Source of the DNA: a virus
Lineage: Duplodnaviria; Caudoviricetes
Direction: 5' to 3' (one strand)
Length of the DNA stretch: 33,999 bases
Virus record (IMG/VR): IMGVR_UViG_3300036987_000434
Coordinates: 1 to 33,999 of that record
Shown here in pieces: positions 7,982-16,397 of the stretch. The position numbers and the translations under genes are program-made. The notes under the pieces were generated by a model. That model was not told where the DNA came from. It worked only from the letters and a program-made list of their open reading frames with translations, and ran no database searches. The stretch's first letter is position 1. Every line of letters begins with the position of its first letter.

Positions 7982-9424
7982 GTGAACTTCTGGGGTCGAT
8001 TACGAGGGGTGCTGCCGCGCTTCTGGGCGACAGCCGACTACGAGGCGGCTGCCGCCACGCGCCGAACCACGGGCTGGACTCCGGCGACGAGCGACATCAA
8101 CACGCTCGTCTTCCGCAACAGCGACACGCTGCGGTCCCGCTCGCGCGACATGGTGCGCCGCAATCCGTGGGCGACCAACGCGCTCGACGCCTTTGTTGGC
8201 AACTCGATCGGCACGGGCATCAAGCCGCAGTCACTGCATCCGGACGCCGAAACCAAGGAGCAGATCCAATCGCTGTGGTTGCGATGGACGGACGAAGCGG
8301 ACGCGACGGGACTGACGGACTTCTACGGATTGCAGGCGATCGCGTGCCGCTCGGTAATGGAGGCCGGCGAGTGCTTCATCCGGCTGCGACCACGGCTTCC
8401 CAAGGACGGGCTGTTGGTGCCGCTCCAGTTGCAGTTGCTCGAGGCGGAACATCTGCCGACCGCCGAGACGCGGAAGCTGGAGAACGGAAACTACATCCGG
8501 GCCGGAATCGAATTCAACGGCATCGGACGGAGGATTGCGTATCACCTTTACCGGGAGCATCCGGGCGATACCAGCAATCCAATGGCTTCGACCGAGCTGG
8601 TGCGGGTGCCAGCAGAGGCAGTCTTGCACTTGTTCCGCCCGCTTCGCCCTGGCCAGCTCCGCGGCCAGCCGTGGCTCACCCAGGTTTTGATCAAGCTCCA
8701 TGAGCTCGACCAGTATGACGACGCCGAGCTGGTTCGCAAGAAGACGGCGGCCATGTTCGCCGGCTTCATCACGAAGAACGCACCGCAGGATTCGCTTATC
8801 GGCGAATCGACCGCGGATGCCAGCGGCGTCGCGCTTGCGGGCATGGAACCTGGCACGCTTCAGGTGCTGCTTCCTGGGGAGGACGTGACGTTCTCGGCTC
8901 CGGCCGATGTGGGCGCGAGCTACGAGACTTTCATGCGGGTGCAGTTGCGCAGCATCGCTGCCGGTATGGGGATCACCTATGAGCAACTGACCGGCGATCT
9001 CACCGGCGTGAACTACTCGTCGATCCGTGCGGGCCTGCTTGAGTTCCGCCGCCGGTGCGAGCAGTTCCAGCACCAAGTGATCGTGTTCCAGATGTGCCGG
9101 CCCATCTGGCGATCATGGCTGAAAGCCGCCGTGCTGAGCGGCGCGTTGTCCAATGCGGCCGCCGGGACCGATGCCAAGTGGATTCCGTCGGGCTTCGCCT
9201 GGGTCGATCCGCTCAAGGACATCAAGGCGCAAATCATGGCCGTGCGCGCTGGCTTCAAGAGCCGCGCCGAGGTGGTCTCTGAACAGGGCTACGACGCCGA
9301 GGCCATCGACCGCGAGATCGCGGCCGACAACGCGCGCGCCGACGAACTGGGTCTTGAATACGATTCCGACGCTCGAAAGGAAACCAATGAAGCATCTGCC
9401 GCACCTGGCGACGCGGGTCTTTGA
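7982..9424 (+). CDS. Portal protein, lambda family
   Basis: LRSRSRDMVRRNPWA, GQLRGQPW, LTGDLTGVNYSSIRAGLLEF, WVDPLKD motifs. Confidence 0.97.
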   Translation: MNFWGRLRGVLPRFWATADYEAAAATRRTTGWTPATSDINTLVFRNSDTLRSRSRDMVRRNPWATNALDAFVGNSIGTGIKPQSLHPDAETKEQIQSLWLRWTDEADATGLTDFYGLQAIACRSVMEAGECFIRLRPRLPKDGLLVPLQLQLLEAEHLPTAETRKLENGNYIRAGIEFNGIGRRIAYHLYREHPGDTSNPMASTELVRVPAEAVLHLFRPLRPGQLRGQPWLTQVLIKLHELDQYDDAELVRKKTAAMFAGFITKNAPQDSLIGESTADASGVALAGMEPGTLQVLLPGEDVTFSAPADVGASYETFMRVQLRSIAAGMGITYEQLTGDLTGVNYSSIRAGLLEFRRRCEQFQHQVIVFQMCRPIWRSWLKAAVLSGALSNAAAGTDAKWIPSGFAWVDPLKDIKAQIMAVRAGFKSRAEVVSEQGYDAEAIDREIAADNARADELGLEYDSDARKETNEASAAPGDAGL

Positions 9425-10568
9425 TACACCGCTCCTGATCGCGCCACAAAAGCTCGAAGTAATTCTCGGCGTGCTGGCGCCGCACCTTGGCCTTGAAGTC
9501 CCTGTCCCGGTTGCTGCCGTGGCGATGCAACCGGCGTCACGGAAACCGTACGAAGTGACACCGGACGGGATCGCCATCATCCCGATCGAAGGCACGCTGG
9601 TTCACAAGTCCTACGGGATGGACGCGGTCTCCGGAATGCGCTCCTATGTGGAGATCCAGCAGGAAGTCGAGGACGCCGCGACCGACCCGGCAGTGAAGGG
9701 CATTCTGCTCGACGTCGATTCGCCCGGCGGCGAAGTGGCGGGCGTGTTTGAACTCACCGACACGATCTATGCTGCGCGTTCGGCCAAGCCGATCGTCGCC
9801 GTTGCGAACTCCAACGCTCTGAGCGGCGCTTATCTGCTGGCATCCGGCGCCCAACGGGTTTACGCCGGCCAATCTTCGGGCCTCGGCAGTATCGGCGTGA
9901 TCGTTTCGCATCTCGACGTGACCGGCAGCGACGAGAAGCTCGGCTTCAAGTACACGATCATGCACGCCGGCGCGCGCAAGGCCGACTTCAATCCGCACGT
10001 GCCGTTGAGCGACGGAGCCCGCGCCACGATCGAGGCCGAGTTGAATCGCACCTACGGAATGCTCGTGAAAGCCGTGGCGCGCAACCGCGGGCTGCCCGAG
10101 GCATCGGTCCGTGAAACCGAGGCCGCCCGCTACTTCGGCGAGGACGCCATCAACGTGCGCCTCGCCGACCGCATGGGTACCCGGCAAGACGCACTCGCCG
10201 AACTGCGACAAGCCGTCGCCGGTCCGGCCATCTCAATTCGACAAGGAGGCAGGAAGACTATGCAGGACGAAATCATCGATGTCGAAGCGATCCGCGCGGA
10301 AGCACGAAAGCAAGGGTATGCCGATGCGCGGGAAATTGTGGAACTGTGCGCGCTCGCCGGGATGCCCGGCAAGGCGGCGGGGCTGCTGACGAAGGCCGCA
10401 ACGCCGCACGAAGCCCGTCAATTCCTGATGGAGGTGCGGGCGACCGAGGACCCGCCTGAGATCCGCTCGCACGTGCTGCCGGAGACCGGGACCGGCGTCA
10501 AGACGAATCCCGAGAGTGGTCCGGTGATGAAGGCCGTTGAACGACTGGCCGCGAAAGGAGTGAACTGA
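9387..10568 (+). CDS. S49-family prohead protease with C-terminal scaffold (lambda gpC-like)
   Basis: Start reassigned to ATG 9387 (AAGGA RBS); LLDVDSPGGEV, ALSGAYLLAS, GSIGV, GARKADFNPH. Confidence 0.93.
   Translation: MKHLPHLATRVFDTPLLIAPQKLEVILGVLAPHLGLEVPVPVAAVAMQPASRKPYEVTPDGIAIIPIEGTLVHKSYGMDAVSGMRSYVEIQQEVEDAATDPAVKGILLDVDSPGGEVAGVFELTDTIYAARSAKPIVAVANSNALSGAYLLASGAQRVYAGQSSGLGSIGVIVSHLDVTGSDEKLGFKYTIMHAGARKADFNPHVPLSDGARATIEAELNRTYGMLVKAVARNRGLPEASVRETEAARYFGEDAINVRLADRMGTRQDALAELRQAVAGPAISIRQGGRKTMQDEIIDVEAIRAEARKQGYADAREIVELCALAGMPGKAAGLLTKAATPHEARQFLMEVRATEDPPEIRSHVLPETGTGVKTNPESGPVMKAVERLAAKGVN
10260..10568 (+). CDS. Nested in-frame scaffolding protein (Nu3-like)
   Basis: AAGGAGG at 10243-10249, 10 nt before in-frame ATG 10260 at the end of the protease domain; helical product. 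Confidence 0.65.
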   Translation: MQDEIIDVEAIRAEARKQGYADAREIVELCALAGMPGKAAGLLTKAATPHEARQFLMEVRATEDPPEIRSHVLPETGTGVKTNPESGPVMKAVERLAAKGVN

Positions 10569-10569
10569 A

Positions 10570-11238
10570 ATGTCCGTTCTGACCGAACGCAAGTATCTGG
10601 GCGACTGGCTGAAGTGGGAGCCCGACAGCCAGTACAGCCGTGAAGTGCTGACCGTGCTTGCCGGCAGTGGCGCTGACCGCGTGCTGACCACCGGCATGGT
10701 GCTGGGCCGAATCAACAAAGGCGCGGCAACCGGGGCCGCCGTTGCGGGTAACACCGGCAACGGCACGATTACGGCCAACCCTGCCGTCGGTGGCGCGGCC
10801 AAGCCGGGCGTCTACCGTCTCGTTTGCATCGAACCCGCCACCGACGTCGGGAAGTTTAGCGTCGAGGACCCGGACGGCGTCCTGATTGGCGTCGCCACGG
10901 TCGGCGTCCAGTTCACAACGCACCTCACCTTCACCATCGCAGACGGCTCGACCGACTTCGCTTCGGGCGATTCGTTCACGATTACCGTGGCGGCAGGCTC
11001 GGGGAAAGTGAAGCAGATCGACTTCGCGGCGACCGACGGCAGCGACGCTGCCTGCGGCATCCTGCTGCTCGACACCACCGCGCCGGATGGCGTGGACAAA
11101 TCCGGAGTCGCCATCATCCGCAACGCGATCGTCTCGGACAACGGCATCACCTGGCCGGCGGGCGCAACCACCAATCAAAAGAACGCCGCCACGGCGCAAC
11201 TGAAATCCGCGGGCATCCTCGTCCGCCAAGGAGCATAA
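10570..11238 (+). CDS. Head decoration protein (gpD-like) with inserted domain
   Basis: YSREVLTV...GMVLG N-terminus and DGSDAACGILL...GILVR C-terminus; lies between protease and capsid genes. Confidence 0.85.
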   Translation: MSVLTERKYLGDWLKWEPDSQYSREVLTVLAGSGADRVLTTGMVLGRINKGAATGAAVAGNTGNGTITANPAVGGAAKPGVYRLVCIEPATDVGKFSVEDPDGVLIGVATVGVQFTTHLTFTIADGSTDFASGDSFTITVAAGSGKVKQIDFAATDGSDAACGILLLDTTAPDGVDKSGVAIIRNAIVSDNGITWPAGATTNQKNAATAQLKSAGILVRQGA

Positions 11239-11241
11239 CCC

Positions 11242-12249
11242 ATGATGCTGAATCCTTTCTCGACCGACGCTTTCGACATGGTGGCGCTGACCGCCGCCAT
11301 CAACAAGATCCCGAACACCTACGGGCGCCTGGAGCAGTTGAACCTGATGACGCCGCAGGGCGTCCGCACCCGCACGATCATCATCGAGGAGATGAGCGGT
11401 GTGCTGAACCTGCTGCCGACCCAACCGGTGGGAGCGCCCGGCACGCAGGGCACCACCGGCAAGCGCAAGGTGCGGTCCTTCGTGATCCCCCACATTCCGC
11501 ACGACGACGCCGTGCTGCCCGAGGAGGTCCAGGGCATCCGCGCGTTTGGCTCTGAGACCGAGACCGACGCCCTGGCGAACCTGCTGGCGCTGAAGCTCCA
11601 GAACATGCGCAACAAGCACGCCATCACGCTCGAATACCTGCGCATGGGCGCGCTCAAGGGCGTGATCCTCGACGCCGATGGCTCGACGCTCTACGACCTC
11701 TACAGCGAATTCAGCATCACGCCGAAGACGGTCAGCTTCGTGCTGGGCACGGCGGGTACCGAGGTGCTGCTGAAGGTACTCGAAGTGAAGCGCCACATCG
11801 AAGACAACCTGAAGGGCGAGTTCATGACGGGCGTGATGTGCCTGTGCTCGCAGGGCTTCTACGACGCCTTCACCACGCACGCCAAGGTGAAGGAGGCGTT
11901 CATGTACTTTCAGCGCAACCAGCAGCTCGGCAACGACTACCGAACGGGCTTCACCTTCGGCGGCATCACGTTCGAGGAGTATCGCGGTCAGGCGACCGAC
12001 GCAGCGGGCAACGTGCGGAAGTTCATCGCCGACGACGAAGCGCACTTCTTCCCGCTGGGCACGGCGAACACCTTCCGCACGCATTTTGCGCCGGCGGACT
12101 TCAACGAGACAGCGAACACGCTGGGCCTGCCGCTCTACGCCAAGCAGGAACCGCGCAAATTCGGGCGCGGCACCGACCTGCACACGCAGCAGAATCCGCT
12201 GCCCATCTGCCTGCGGCCGGAGGTGCTGGTCAAGGGCACGAAGGCGTGA
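11242..12249 (+). CDS. Major capsid protein, lambda gpE family
   Basis: 335 aa; LTAAINKIP, IPHIPHDD, TLEYLRMGALKG, FGGITFEEY, QQNPLPICLRPEVL. Confidence 0.95.
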   Translation: MMLNPFSTDAFDMVALTAAINKIPNTYGRLEQLNLMTPQGVRTRTIIIEEMSGVLNLLPTQPVGAPGTQGTTGKRKVRSFVIPHIPHDDAVLPEEVQGIRAFGSETETDALANLLALKLQNMRNKHAITLEYLRMGALKGVILDADGSTLYDLYSEFSITPKTVSFVLGTAGTEVLLKVLEVKRHIEDNLKGEFMTGVMCLCSQGFYDAFTTHAKVKEAFMYFQRNQQLGNDYRTGFTFGGITFEEYRGQATDAAGNVRKFIADDEAHFFPLGTANTFRTHFAPADFNETANTLGLPLYAKQEPRKFGRGTDLHTQQNPLPICLRPEVLVKGTKA

Positions 12250-12252
12250 ACA

Positions 12253-12555
12253 ATGGCGGACTGGGCCTCTCTGCTGAATGGGCTGAACGGCACTGTCCTC
12301 GGCGCCTTCGGCAGGGAGGTTACATATCTGCCACAGCCGGGCGGTGAAACGATTCTCCGGGCGATCTTCGAAGCCACTCGCGAATCCGAGGAGAACGCTC
12401 CCGGCGTTTACGCGGTTCTCTTTGTGCGGCTCGCGGATCTTCCGGGAAAGCCGGAACGCGGCGATGAAGTCATGGTGGACAGCACGAGTTACAAAGTGTT
12501 CGACATCGAAGCGGACACGAGTGGGGGCGTGATCCTGCGCCTTCGGCAGGCATAG
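12253..12555 (+). CDS. Head-tail joining protein (FII-like)
   Basis: Position after capsid; PERGDEVMVDSTSYKV beta-barrel pattern. Confidence 0.75.
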   Translation: MADWASLLNGLNGTVLGAFGREVTYLPQPGGETILRAIFEATRESEENAPGVYAVLFVRLADLPGKPERGDEVMVDSTSYKVFDIEADTSGGVILRLRQA

Positions 12556-12557
12556 CA

Positions 12558-13013
12558 ATGCCCTCGGTCCGCGTCTGGCAGAAGAAGCAACTGCGGCTCG
12601 ATTTGCTCAACTTCCGCCAGCACCAGATGTTCAAGATCGGCAACGTCGGCGTTGCGACTGTGAAGAACCGGGTGACGGCGGCGCTCGGTCCTGGCGACGC
12701 GCCGGCCAAGCCGCTCACCAAGCGGTACGCGATTCGGAAGACCAAGCTCGGACTCGGCAACCGGCGCAATCTGACTTTCACTGGCAACATGCTTCGCAAC
12801 CTCGCCGTACGAACGGTGAGCGAGAACCGGGCCAAGGCCGGACTTTCGACGCGCAAGGATCGCATCAAGGCCTGGGCGAACCAGAAGATCGAGCCTTGGC
12901 TGGTGTTCTCGCCAAAGACCAAGGCCGCCGTGGTTGAAGCGGCGCGGCGGGTCTTCGATGAAGTGAAGAAGCGTCTCATGGTTGAGCGCGGCCTCGGTGG
13001 TAAACAACGATGA
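12558..13013 (+). CDS. Basic neck / tail-completion protein
   Basis: Position; KPLTKRYAIRK...NLTFTGNMLRNL resembles virion morphogenesis protein motifs. Confidence 0.65.
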   Translation: MPSVRVWQKKQLRLDLLNFRQHQMFKIGNVGVATVKNRVTAALGPGDAPAKPLTKRYAIRKTKLGLGNRRNLTFTGNMLRNLAVRTVSENRAKAGLSTRKDRIKAWANQKIEPWLVFSPKTKAAVVEAARRVFDEVKKRLMVERGLGGKQR

Positions 13014-13483
13014 TCGATCCGTCTATCCTTATTGATGCGCTCGTCGCGCTGCTGCGGGACGTCCCGGACCTCGTCGCGGAAGTGAACGGCGATCCGGATC
13101 GCATCTACGCCTACCACGACCAGTATCCGAAGCGGTCCAGTCTGCCCTTCGCGATTCATCAAATGCCGGCGCCGTCGATCATGGCCGCCTGGCAGGGCAC
13201 GGTTCCCGGCACGTTCGGCGGCAACGACGTCTGGAAGCATCAGGTCACGCTCTACCTGCGCGCCCGCGAGACGTTCGACGGCGATCCGCCTACCGCCTAC
13301 TATCGCCTGTTCCGCCTGATCACGAAGGGCGTGCCAACCGCAGCAGGTTTGCCTGTACTGAACGCAACCATCCACCCTTCCTGCTACCCGATGGATGTGC
13401 CGTCCATCCAGCGCGCCACGGATGCGGAGGGGCTTGATTACTTCGAGGTGTCCATGTCTTTCACGGAGATTGGCGATGAGTGA
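13010..13483 (+). CDS. Putative tail terminator protein
   Basis: ATGA overlap; 157 aa; position just before the tail tube gene. Confidence 0.6.
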   Translation: MIDPSILIDALVALLRDVPDLVAEVNGDPDRIYAYHDQYPKRSSLPFAIHQMPAPSIMAAWQGTVPGTFGGNDVWKHQVTLYLRARETFDGDPPTAYYRLFRLITKGVPTAAGLPVLNATIHPSCYPMDVPSIQRATDAEGLDYFEVSMSFTEIGDE

Positions 13484-13625
13484 CTTCGTCTGGATGCGCC
13501 CGCCTTACGGGCAGGGTGAGCCCAAGAGAGTCGAGGCAAGACCCGACGTGCTCTTACCGTTGATGAATTCTGGTTGGTCGCAGTGCGATCCGCCGGAACC
13601 GGAGGTGAAGGATGTCGACGACTAG
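13476..13625 (+). CDS. Small hypothetical protein, 49 aa
   Basis: GGAG RBS, ATG 13476 overlapping the upstream gene end; bridges to the tube gene. Confidence 0.6.
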   Translation: MSDFVWMRPPYGQGEPKRVEARPDVLLPLMNSGWSQCDPPEPEVKDVDD

Positions 13626-14652
13626 ACTGCAAGAGGTGCTCATCTGCTTCGGCAAACAGAAGCAGACCGACATCGCCACCGCCAACACGGGCGCGCAGAT
13701 GTGGCAGTTGCGGAAGCTCAACGCCGCGCTTGCCAACCCGAAACTAAACACCGAGAACGACGCCGAGGAGTTCGGCAAGGGCCACGAGTTTCCGACGCAG
13801 TCGTTCCAGACGTCTTGGGACGTCAACGGCTCGCTCGAGAAGTATCTCGGCTCGGAGATCGGCGCTTGGGCGATGGCCTATGGCCTGGGGAAGGTGGTGA
13901 AGTCGGGCACCACCCCGAACTTCACGTATACGTGCACGCCGCTCATCCCGGCAAGCGGCGACGCTGCCGAGTTGCCGTACTTCTCCTTCGTCGAGCAGAT
14001 CCGGCCCGGCGCGGGCGTGGTCGTTGACCGCATGGCCGTCGGCTGCGTCGTCGAAGGTTGGACCATCTCCATCGGCAGCGGACCGGGACGCGCCAACTCG
14101 AAGATCACCGTCGAGTTCGTCGGTGCAGGGAAGGCGACCGAACCATCTGGCATCACGATGCCTGCGGCGACGCTTGAGAAACTCCTGCCGTCGGCGTCGC
14201 TCGCGCTCACCATCAACGGCGTCAACTACGTCTCGAACAAGAACATCATCTCGCTGGAGACGTCGTGGAAGAACAACGTCCGTCTTGATGGTGGATTCTT
14301 CCCTGGCTCGGGCTTCCAGACGCCGGGCGACGCGACCAGCGGGGCCATCCGCGGCCGCCTGGAATTCGCCAATCGCCAGGGCATGCTGAAGTTCGTGGCT
14401 CGCTTCGAGAACGGCTCGACGGAGTTGACCAAGCTCAAGAACCAGTCCACCGGCACCGCCGTCCTCTTGCTTACTTATGACGCGAACAATTCGTTGGAGA
14501 TCACATGGCAGAAGGTGTCGTTTGCGATGGCCGAAGTCGGCGAGACGGATGGAATCGTGACGGTCGCCGTCGAATGCCTGCCGATGTACGACTCCTCGAA
14601 CGGCATCGTGTCGGCGGTGGCGAAGTGCAACGTGGACAACATCTGTCAATAG
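13612..14652 (+). CDS. Major tail tube protein
   Basis: GGAGGTG RBS; 346 aa, beta-rich; lies before the chaperones and tape measure. Confidence 0.8.
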   Translation: MSTTRLQEVLICFGKQKQTDIATANTGAQMWQLRKLNAALANPKLNTENDAEEFGKGHEFPTQSFQTSWDVNGSLEKYLGSEIGAWAMAYGLGKVVKSGTTPNFTYTCTPLIPASGDAAELPYFSFVEQIRPGAGVVVDRMAVGCVVEGWTISIGSGPGRANSKITVEFVGAGKATEPSGITMPAATLEKLLPSASLALTINGVNYVSNKNIISLETSWKNNVRLDGGFFPGSGFQTPGDATSGAIRGRLEFANRQGMLKFVARFENGSTELTKLKNQSTGTAVLLLTYDANNSLEITWQKVSFAMAEVGETDGIVTVAVECLPMYDSSNGIVSAVAKCNVDNICQ

Positions 14653-14656
14653 GAGA
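14613..14656 (+). repeat. 44-bp direct repeat copy 1 (3' end of tube gene plus RBS)
   Basis: 40/44 identical to 15399-15442. Confidence 0.92.
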
Positions 14657-14724
14657 TGTCTGGCAAACTGGGCGACAGGTGTTGAGAACCGACTTCAGCC
14701 GACTTACTTAGTCGTAGACGACGC

Positions 14725-14755
14725 AAGAGCGGCTCCGCAAGGGGCCGCCCCTTTT
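14725..14755 (+). terminator. Intrinsic terminator-like hairpin
   Basis: GCGGCTCC-GCAA-GGGGCCGC stem with GNRA loop, followed by CCCTTTT. Confidence 0.7.
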
Positions 14756-14762
14756 CACAGCG

Positions 14763-15275
14763 TCACTTCCCTTTGCCGTCGCTAGCAGCCATCTTCTTGC
14801 GAGCTTCCTTTATTCCTGAAGGCGCAACAGCTTCAAACTCATCAGGCGGTAACCCCATAAGGCTGAACGCCTGCCACATACCAAACGAAAGGCCCTGTAG
14901 CGGGATCTTGGCACCTTTCGATTCCAGCAGGCTGACGATATCGTACTTTTCCACTACAAAGGCGTAACAGGTTGCATTACAGTCACCTTGAAGAGCATTC
15001 AGATCGATCCCCTTCTGGGCTATGAGGAGCTCGACAACCTCCTTCTTTCCCCAGAGTGCGGCATACATGAGAGGTGTGAGTCCGTCGCCGCGACGTGCAT
15101 TGATGTTGGCCCCTTTACTCAAGCTCCCTTTAATGCCATCCAGCTTCCCAACCTTTATCGCAGTGAACAGATTCTCGTCCGCCGCCTTAGTAGGTGTTCC
15201 AGTTTTGGTCTGAGCGCTCGCAATGCAAACGAGGAGCGTAAACAGGATTTGAATTCGGATGGTCATTTTGCTCAT
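14763..15275 (-). CDS. Secreted ankyrin-repeat protein (moron)
   Basis: Signal-like N-terminus IRIQILFTLLVCIASA|Q; ankyrin consensus GANINARRGDGLTPLMYAALWGKKEVVELLIAQKGIDLNA; visibly lower GC than its flanks. Confidence 0.9.
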   Translation of the reverse strand: MSKMTIRIQILFTLLVCIASAQTKTGTPTKAADENLFTAIKVGKLDGIKGSLSKGANINARRGDGLTPLMYAALWGKKEVVELLIAQKGIDLNALQGDCNATCYAFVVEKYDIVSLLESKGAKIPLQGLSFGMWQAFSLMGLPPDEFEAVAPSGIKEARKKMAASDGKGK

Positions 15276-15302
15276 CTCCGTACCGCCTTTGTACCTTGGC
15301 TA

Positions 15303-15311
15303 ATCATAGCA
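15303..15311 (-). promoter_or_regulatory. Extended -10 promoter for the ankyrin gene
   Basis: Minus strand TGCTATGAT (TG-n-TATGAT), 27 nt upstream of ATG 15275. Confidence 0.55.
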
Positions 15312-15335
15312 TCGTGATGAGCTGGACGACAGCGA

Positions 15336-15353
15336 GCCGCCCTTTTTCACAGC
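15336..15353 (+). repeat. 18-bp direct repeat copy 2 (copy 1 at 14744-14761)
   Basis: GCCGCCCTTTTTCACAGC vs GCCGCCCCTTTTCACAGC, 17/18; the copies bracket the ankyrin gene and its promoter. Confidence 0.85.
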
Positions 15354-15398
15354 CCAATGCGCGTCACGCCACGGCGGAGCAACCGAACCGCCCATGGT

Positions 15399-15442
15399 GG
15401 CTGTGGCCAAGTGCAACGTAGACAACATCGGTCAATAGGAGA
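15399..15442 (+). repeat. 44-bp direct repeat copy 2 (relic tube-gene 3' end)
   Basis: Encodes AVAKCNVDNIGQ* vs AVAKCNVDNICQ* in the intact gene; supplies the AGGAG RBS of the chaperone gene. Confidence 0.92.
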
Positions 15443-15447
15443 CAAAA

Positions 15448-16071
15448 ATGGAACAGACAATTCCCGTATTCGACGCGGCGCGTCCGATTGCGCTGCAACT
15501 GCGGACCTCGGCGGGCGTGAAGACCATCCGGGTTCGCTTTCCTTCCGACGAGGAATGGACCGAGCGCCAGCGGCGGCGCAAGGTGATCATCAAACAGTTG
15601 GGCCGTGGCGTCTCCGAGACGATCATCGCCAACGGCGAAGACGCCGACGGCGCGCTGCTCGCCAAGATTCGCGTACCCGAAGAAAACGCGCCCGAAGTGG
15701 ACTCGTTCGAAGCCAGCCGAATCATGGAGCAGTTGAGCCAGGCCGAAGTGGACGACGTGGTGCAGGCCGGAGACGCCTTCCGTGTGACGCTCCGGGTGCT
15801 CGGCGGGACGGTGACTCACCTGCTGAAGATGGCCTCGGCGAAAGACATCACCGAGTACCGTCGCGGCTTCGCGCGTGTGCTCGACCTGCCCTACAACCGC
15901 CAGGAACTCACCATCAACCTCGCGGCCGCCGGCGCGCTCTACAAGAAGCTGATCACTACGACCGAGGGGTACGCCGGAGATGCTCCGATCATGCACCAAG
16001 CCGTCGCGGTGAAGGCCGCCATCGACGCGCTCGACGCCGGATTCCAGGAGTCGGGCGACCCAAACTCGTAG
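15448..16071 (+). CDS. Tail assembly chaperone (gpG-like)
   Basis: AGGAG RBS; lies between tube and tape measure; ends at a slippery site. Confidence 0.85.
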   Translation: MEQTIPVFDAARPIALQLRTSAGVKTIRVRFPSDEEWTERQRRRKVIIKQLGRGVSETIIANGEDADGALLAKIRVPEENAPEVDSFEASRIMEQLSQAEVDDVVQAGDAFRVTLRVLGGTVTHLLKMASAKDITEYRRGFARVLDLPYNRQELTINLAAAGALYKKLITTTEGYAGDAPIMHQAVAVKAAIDALDAGFQESGDPNS

Positions 16072-16397
16072 GCGGGGAGTGGCCCGAGCAGCCCTCCCTG
16101 CGATTCCTTGTCCACTGGGCGCTACGCAGGGACGAACTGTGCGACCCGAAGCTGTGTCCCGATGCGCCCGACGACGGTGGCCGGTGTGACCACTGCCCGC
16201 TCGATAGGCTCGACGGGGCGCAATCGTCGGAGGCCGGACTCCTCATCCGGCGCGCCTTAGACCTCCGGGCGGCGCTGAAGCTGGGCATACACGTCGGCCT
16301 CGATGACATCCGCGCGGATGAGTTCTACGCGATGTTGATCCTCGAAGACGAACGCGAAAAGCTGGACCGCGAGCAGTTGAATCCCCATGGCCGATAA
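15448..16397 (+). CDS. Tail assembly chaperone, -1 frameshift fusion product (gpGT-like, about 316 aa)
   Basis: C CCA AAC at 16059-16065 in correct phase; -1 frame open to 16397, overlapping the tape measure start; hairpin 16072-16101. Confidence 0.8.

Noticed and set aside
14657-14724. Small RNA or mini-ORF (MSGKLGDRC) between the tube gene and the terminator
   Set aside because: Only short 5-bp stems, no recognisable RNA family and no promoter; insufficient support
14613-15442. Diversity-generating retroelement TR/VR pair
   Set aside because: Mismatches are not adenine-specific (G/T, G/C, G/A, T/G), the repeat is only 44 bp, and there is no reverse transcriptase in the window
15357-16058. 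5' part of the 346-aa ORF 15357-16397 as an independent gene
   Set aside because: Arg-rich off-frame overlap of the chaperone gene; only the part after the slippery site looks coding
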